Shown here in pieces: positions 60,173 to 64,000 of a stretch of DNA of 64,000 nt. Source of the stretch: Microthyrium microscopicum (taxonomy: Eukaryota); the NCBI GenBank assembly GCA_010405405.1, contig MU004244.1, positions 3,895 to 67,894 of the forward strand, read 5' to 3'. Both the position numbers and the translations under genes were made by a program. Each line of letters starts with the position of its first letter. The stretch's first letter is position 1. The notes below the pieces were generated by a model. It was not told the DNA's origin, made no database searches, and worked only from the letters and a program-made list of their open reading frames with translations.

Positions 60173-61792
60173 CTAAACCTTGACAAATTCCAAACGTCTC
60201 GCCAGCCAACAACCAATCGTAACACCACTAATTACTCCCTCCTTCTCCGTAAATACAATAGTCCAGTCTCCTGGCGGAGTATGATCCAGCGCTCTTGGAC
60301 AATTCCAAGCCCACACATTCTCTCCCAATCGCTTCATCAGATTTGCTGGCCCTTGACCAAGCGGGCCGTCGAATGCGCCATAGAGCATGTTATCGCGACC
60401 TTCGACTACGAAAGTACTTTCTAGTTCAGCGCATTTGTAGGAGCCTTGAAGGCGGGAACCATCAGTGAGGACCTCTGGTTGAACTCGCTTTGCGACGAGA
60501 TGACGATTCTCATTGACACGATGGATTTTGAGCGTATCTCCTTCTATGCTGGCCACGTTACCGTCATTCTTCGCTTGAGTGGGAGTAACAAGTCGAATAT
60601 TCTCTTTATCACGCGCATACACAACCACAATCTGTCCTTCGTCACCTTTGGAGACAGAAATGTTCAATTGAGTGTCCTCGTCGAGAAAGTCACCAAACCA
60701 AGACTCAACAGGCTCAACAGCTGGCGTCGATGGGGGTTCGGGTAGATCCAATGCCCCCTTGACGATCAAACTTATCGCCTTGGAGGGATTCAGGTTCTCC
60801 GAGTTGAACAGGACGATTACGGACATGCGCTCCTTCACAACATAGCGACGCTGCATTCTCCATCCACGCAAAGCACCCGCGTGGCCAACAGTATCGACGC
60901 CGTCGTCGCCGCCGATCTTTAAATGGCCCATGCCGTATGAGTATGATGCTGGATTTCCATCTTTGTATGTTGTGGCGCTTGCGGTCTTGTAATACTGCCC
61001 CTTTGACTTCCAGCGCTGGTCAAAGTCCTTTTCGTAGGCTATCATGTCGTTCAGCGAGGCCGTGACCCCAGCATCGCCGGACCATTCGATGCGGTTGGTG
61101 GCGGGCAGGAAACCATACTCCTCATTTCCTTCGTATCCAAGGCAGTCTCCAGGGTGTTTGGCGGTGTCAGGGATGAGCTTCGCGGTTGTCATGTTGCGTG
61201 GACGGAATATGCGCTCTTTGAGAAGTTTGGGAAGTGGCTGTTTGGTGATACGTTCTATTAAGCGGGCTAGGACAAAGAAATTGACGTTGGAGTAAGAGAA
61301 CTCCGAGCCAGGTTGGAAGTGGAAAGTCTTGAATTTTGATATCATTTTCATGCCGTCTCCTTCGATGGTGAAAGGTTGGTCTGGTTTCGCGCCGCAGATC
61401 ATTGAGACGGCCCAGTAGTCTCTTAGGCCTGATTGCATGTCACAAAGGTGTCTGATGGTGAGGCCGCTGCTTCCTGTAAGCGAGGCTGGAAGCCATTCTT
61501 TGAGTTGGATCTCCATTTGTTCTTGGAAGGTTCCGTTCGCGGCAACTTCTGGTGGTGTGTTGTTTTCCAGGTCGTGTAGTAGGGCGCATGTCATTTGCTT
61601 CGTAATGGAGCAGATTGGCATCAACGTTTCAGCTGTGATTGGAGTTCTTGTGCTCAGGTTGGCATAACCCCAGACCTTTTCGGCGACAAGTTCTCCATCT
61701 TTGAGGACAGCTACCGCACCTCCGGGCCCTCGAAAGGATATGGGTATGGTCTCCAGAATCTTTTGGACCTTGTCTGCTAGGTCGTGGGGCAT
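60173..61792 (-). CDS. D-aminopeptidase (serine beta-lactamase/peptidase S12 family), ~539 aa, intronless
   Basis: GPGGAVAV, catalytic SxxK (CSITKQ), SGLRDYW, YSN, GHAGALRGW and C-terminal RALDHTPPGDWT, as in Ochrobactrum-type D-aminopeptidase. Confidence 0.88.
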   Translation of the reverse strand: MPHDLADKVQKILETIPISFRGPGGAVAVLKDGELVAEKVWGYANLSTRTPITAETLMPICSITKQMTCALLHDLENNTPPEVAANGTFQEQMEIQLKEWLPASLTGSSGLTIRHLCDMQSGLRDYWAVSMICGAKPDQPFTIEGDGMKMISKFKTFHFQPGSEFSYSNVNFFVLARLIERITKQPLPKLLKERIFRPRNMTTAKLIPDTAKHPGDCLGYEGNEEYGFLPATNRIEWSGDAGVTASLNDMIAYEKDFDQRWKSKGQYYKTASATTYKDGNPASYSYGMGHLKIGGDDGVDTVGHAGALRGWRMQRRYVVKERMSVIVLFNSENLNPSKAISLIVKGALDLPEPPSTPAVEPVESWFGDFLDEDTQLNISVSKGDEGQIVVVYARDKENIRLVTPTQAKNDGNVASIEGDTLKIHRVNENRHLVAKRVQPEVLTDGSRLQGSYKCAELESTFVVEGRDNMLYGAFDGPLGQGPANLMKRLGENVWAWNCPRALDHTPPGDWTIVFTEKEGVISGVTIGCWLARRLEFVKV

Positions 61793-62658
61793 GATGAGTG
61801 GACCGACACTCCACAATAGAATTCAAGATAGTTCCCTTCGGATTCTTGGTTGATAAGAGACCCGTGGAAACTTGTTGTTGTTCGATGGAAGGTTCAAACG
61901 AAGATGAAATGTCATACTACCTGTGTAGTATGTACCCCGCCTCCCATCCCACCATCTCCAGTCTAGTATCACCTTCAATTTTGCGAATACGAGGCCTTAT
62001 TTTAATACAAAACTTTTCTCTTTTTTACTTTCACGCGACCGTACCTGCGAATGGCCTTAAGAGTATCCAGATGCTATGCACTGATGTGGCCATTTAGCCT
62101 GATGGTGAAGCCGGTTCGATGCAAGGCGCATACCTAGGAAAGTTGAGGTCTAGCCGTCCGTTCCCAATGCCAGTAGTAATCTGTAATCGGCTGATCTCAT
62201 CTATGTACTAGTACGTAGAAGGCTGTAACTTTCTCCTCATTCTTCCAAGCTTCAGAATCTTCTGTTCAGTAGCGTCGAAATGTAGATGTGATGCATTGGA
62301 CTGGAAACCATTCAGAACTCGTCAGGAATCTCAGGATACACTTAGCTTTGGGTAATAGCGATCGCCATGTTTGACACACAAGTTCATCTCCTGAAATAGG
62401 TACCTTGAGTTTTGTCCTGAATCTGATTCTGCCTCGATGTCGCAGGAGACGGAGATGATTATAGGGCATAAAATGACAGCGATGATAGAATTGGATAGAT
62501 TTCAAATCTCAGTCATGCTGGTGGTCTAGAAGGGCAATATAACGAAGCCATTAGCAACAGACCATGTCTGGGAGGACGGGTTTTTCTCTCCGCTAGCATT
62601 ATAGAAAAACGAATTGTTCTTGGTACCTAGCTGCTGAAAGATACGAAACTCAACGCCC

Positions 62659-63695
62659 TCAAATGTGGTCTGCCTTTGAGATCATCAGCACATCATCCGG
62701 CTTGACTTCCCTCGTCGGGTCACTCCATCTCCTATCCCCGCGCGTTTGTCCTTCGACTATCGGCGTCACTTGCCACCGATATGGTTGAAGTAGTCTTGCG
62801 TTGATCTCCTTCTTATCCCAAAAGTGTTCACGGCCGCCACCCAACCCTTTCTTGTCACCGTTGCTCGCATGCATCTCATACCATCGTCGGTTTTTGCGTT
62901 GCTCTGGAGTCGGCTTCGATGTGCGATACGCTTCTACCAACTGTCCCCAGCCGCCTCGCTTCACGTCCTCTGCGACACCATGTCCATTTCCGTCAATGCA
63001 TTGGATAATATCTGTGGCGGGACTACGGCGCTCGACTGTGAGGTTATGTACCCAGCCATCTCCAAAGTCGTACAGGTACCGATATTCTTTTCCTACAGAC
63101 AGATTAGAAAGCCGAAAAACTACAAAGAGAACTTCAACTACCTACCTGCGTATCGAGGGTTATCGAAGAGCTGGAAGATTTTGACGTTAGGGGCCTTCTC
63201 CTCCACTGTCCTAGGATGCTTTCGCCGCCTTTCATACATAATATCAATCTTGACGCTCCTCATGACATTGTCAAGTTCTTCAGATACTCTAAACTCAAGT
63301 TCCCGCTGCGAGTCCATAGTGCAGCCATGTGTGATTTTACGGATCGCTTCCTCATAAGTGTGATTATCTTCACTGTAGGTCGGGTCCTTGACAGAGAAAT
63401 CGTAGGTATGCGTATCTGCCCAGCCAAAGGCTATCTGTAGTGCTTCGTGGAGCCTGGCAAATGTAGTCGTTGCTGGCACGTCAAGTACGCGAATGACTGG
63501 CGGATCGAGAACCCACATAGGATGCAAATGGAACTTGAGGATGTAATTCTCACGCTTGCAGGATTTTTGGTGTGCGGGCCAGTCTTCCGCCTGACATTCT
63601 TTGGAGCAATAATCGACTGCTTTGCATCGAGAACAACGGCCGCTTTTGGCGCAGCTAGCTGGTTTTTGGCATTTCTGGCAATCGATTTGAGTCAT
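62659..63695 (-). CDS. MYND zinc finger + pRiA4b ORF3/MM3350-like domain protein, ~327 aa; exons 63695-63146 and 63092-62659
   Basis: CQKC...CSRCKAVDYCSKECQAEDWPAHQKSC (MYND); VPATTTFARLHEALQIAFGWADTHTYDF and YLYDFGDGWVH (pRiA4b ORF3); 53-nt intron. The 3' end is less certain. Confidence 0.82.
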
Positions 63696-64000
63696 GATTG
63701 TGTATACCTTCCAGTTTCAAGGAAGAGGTTGCGGAAGAGGGAACTGTAAAAACCTGAGATGTATTGTGTTTAACGGAGGATGACTGGCACATCAAAACTA
63801 GAGTGAAGTAACGCGATTGTTGATCGTGGGAACGACGATTTTGCTAGAATGTCCTGTTAACAACGTGTCAAGATCTGGGTGGAAGATCTGGAAAGGCCTT
63901 CATTTACGGTACCAATAATGCACTTGATGTAAAAGGTAATCTACTGAATACGTAGATGTGATGGATAAGTTCTTTTGATCTATCCCCAGTCTCCAATGAA

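Noticed and set aside
1..64000. tRNA/rRNA genes (GGTTCGA at ~6830 and ~62113)
   Set aside because: No cloverleaf or A-box context visible by eye; tRNAscan-SE would be decisive.

Overview
Filamentous ascomycete genomic DNA, with short GT-AG introns carrying CTAAC/CTGAC branch sites. Bases 1-~2835 are an AT-rich relic heavily mutated by RIP (repeat-induced point mutation). On the minus strand it still reads as an intron-dense gene with tandem 91-bp exon+intron units. Conserved genes are FPP synthase (ERG20), a cytochrome P450, an SRPBCC protein, a DCR2-type phosphoesterase, neutral trehalase (NTH1), a D-aminopeptidase and a MYND/pRiA4b-ORF3 protein. Two local paralog arrays lie among them. The first is four F-box-like genes (7.3-12 kb). 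The second, the main result, is nine apparently intact genes plus two pseudogenes that share one atypical zinc finger (C-x2/4-C-x23-32-H-x4-H, BED/C2H2-like) inside largely unalignable low-complexity flanks, at 13-34 kb and 49-57 kb. This family splits into intron-bearing and intronless groups, shows a probable inverted block duplication, and three members share an upstream TCAGCC-repeat element. A dense AGGGCG motif cluster surrounds an orphan gene at 40-43 kb. All exon structures and family assignments were made by eye; no database search was run.
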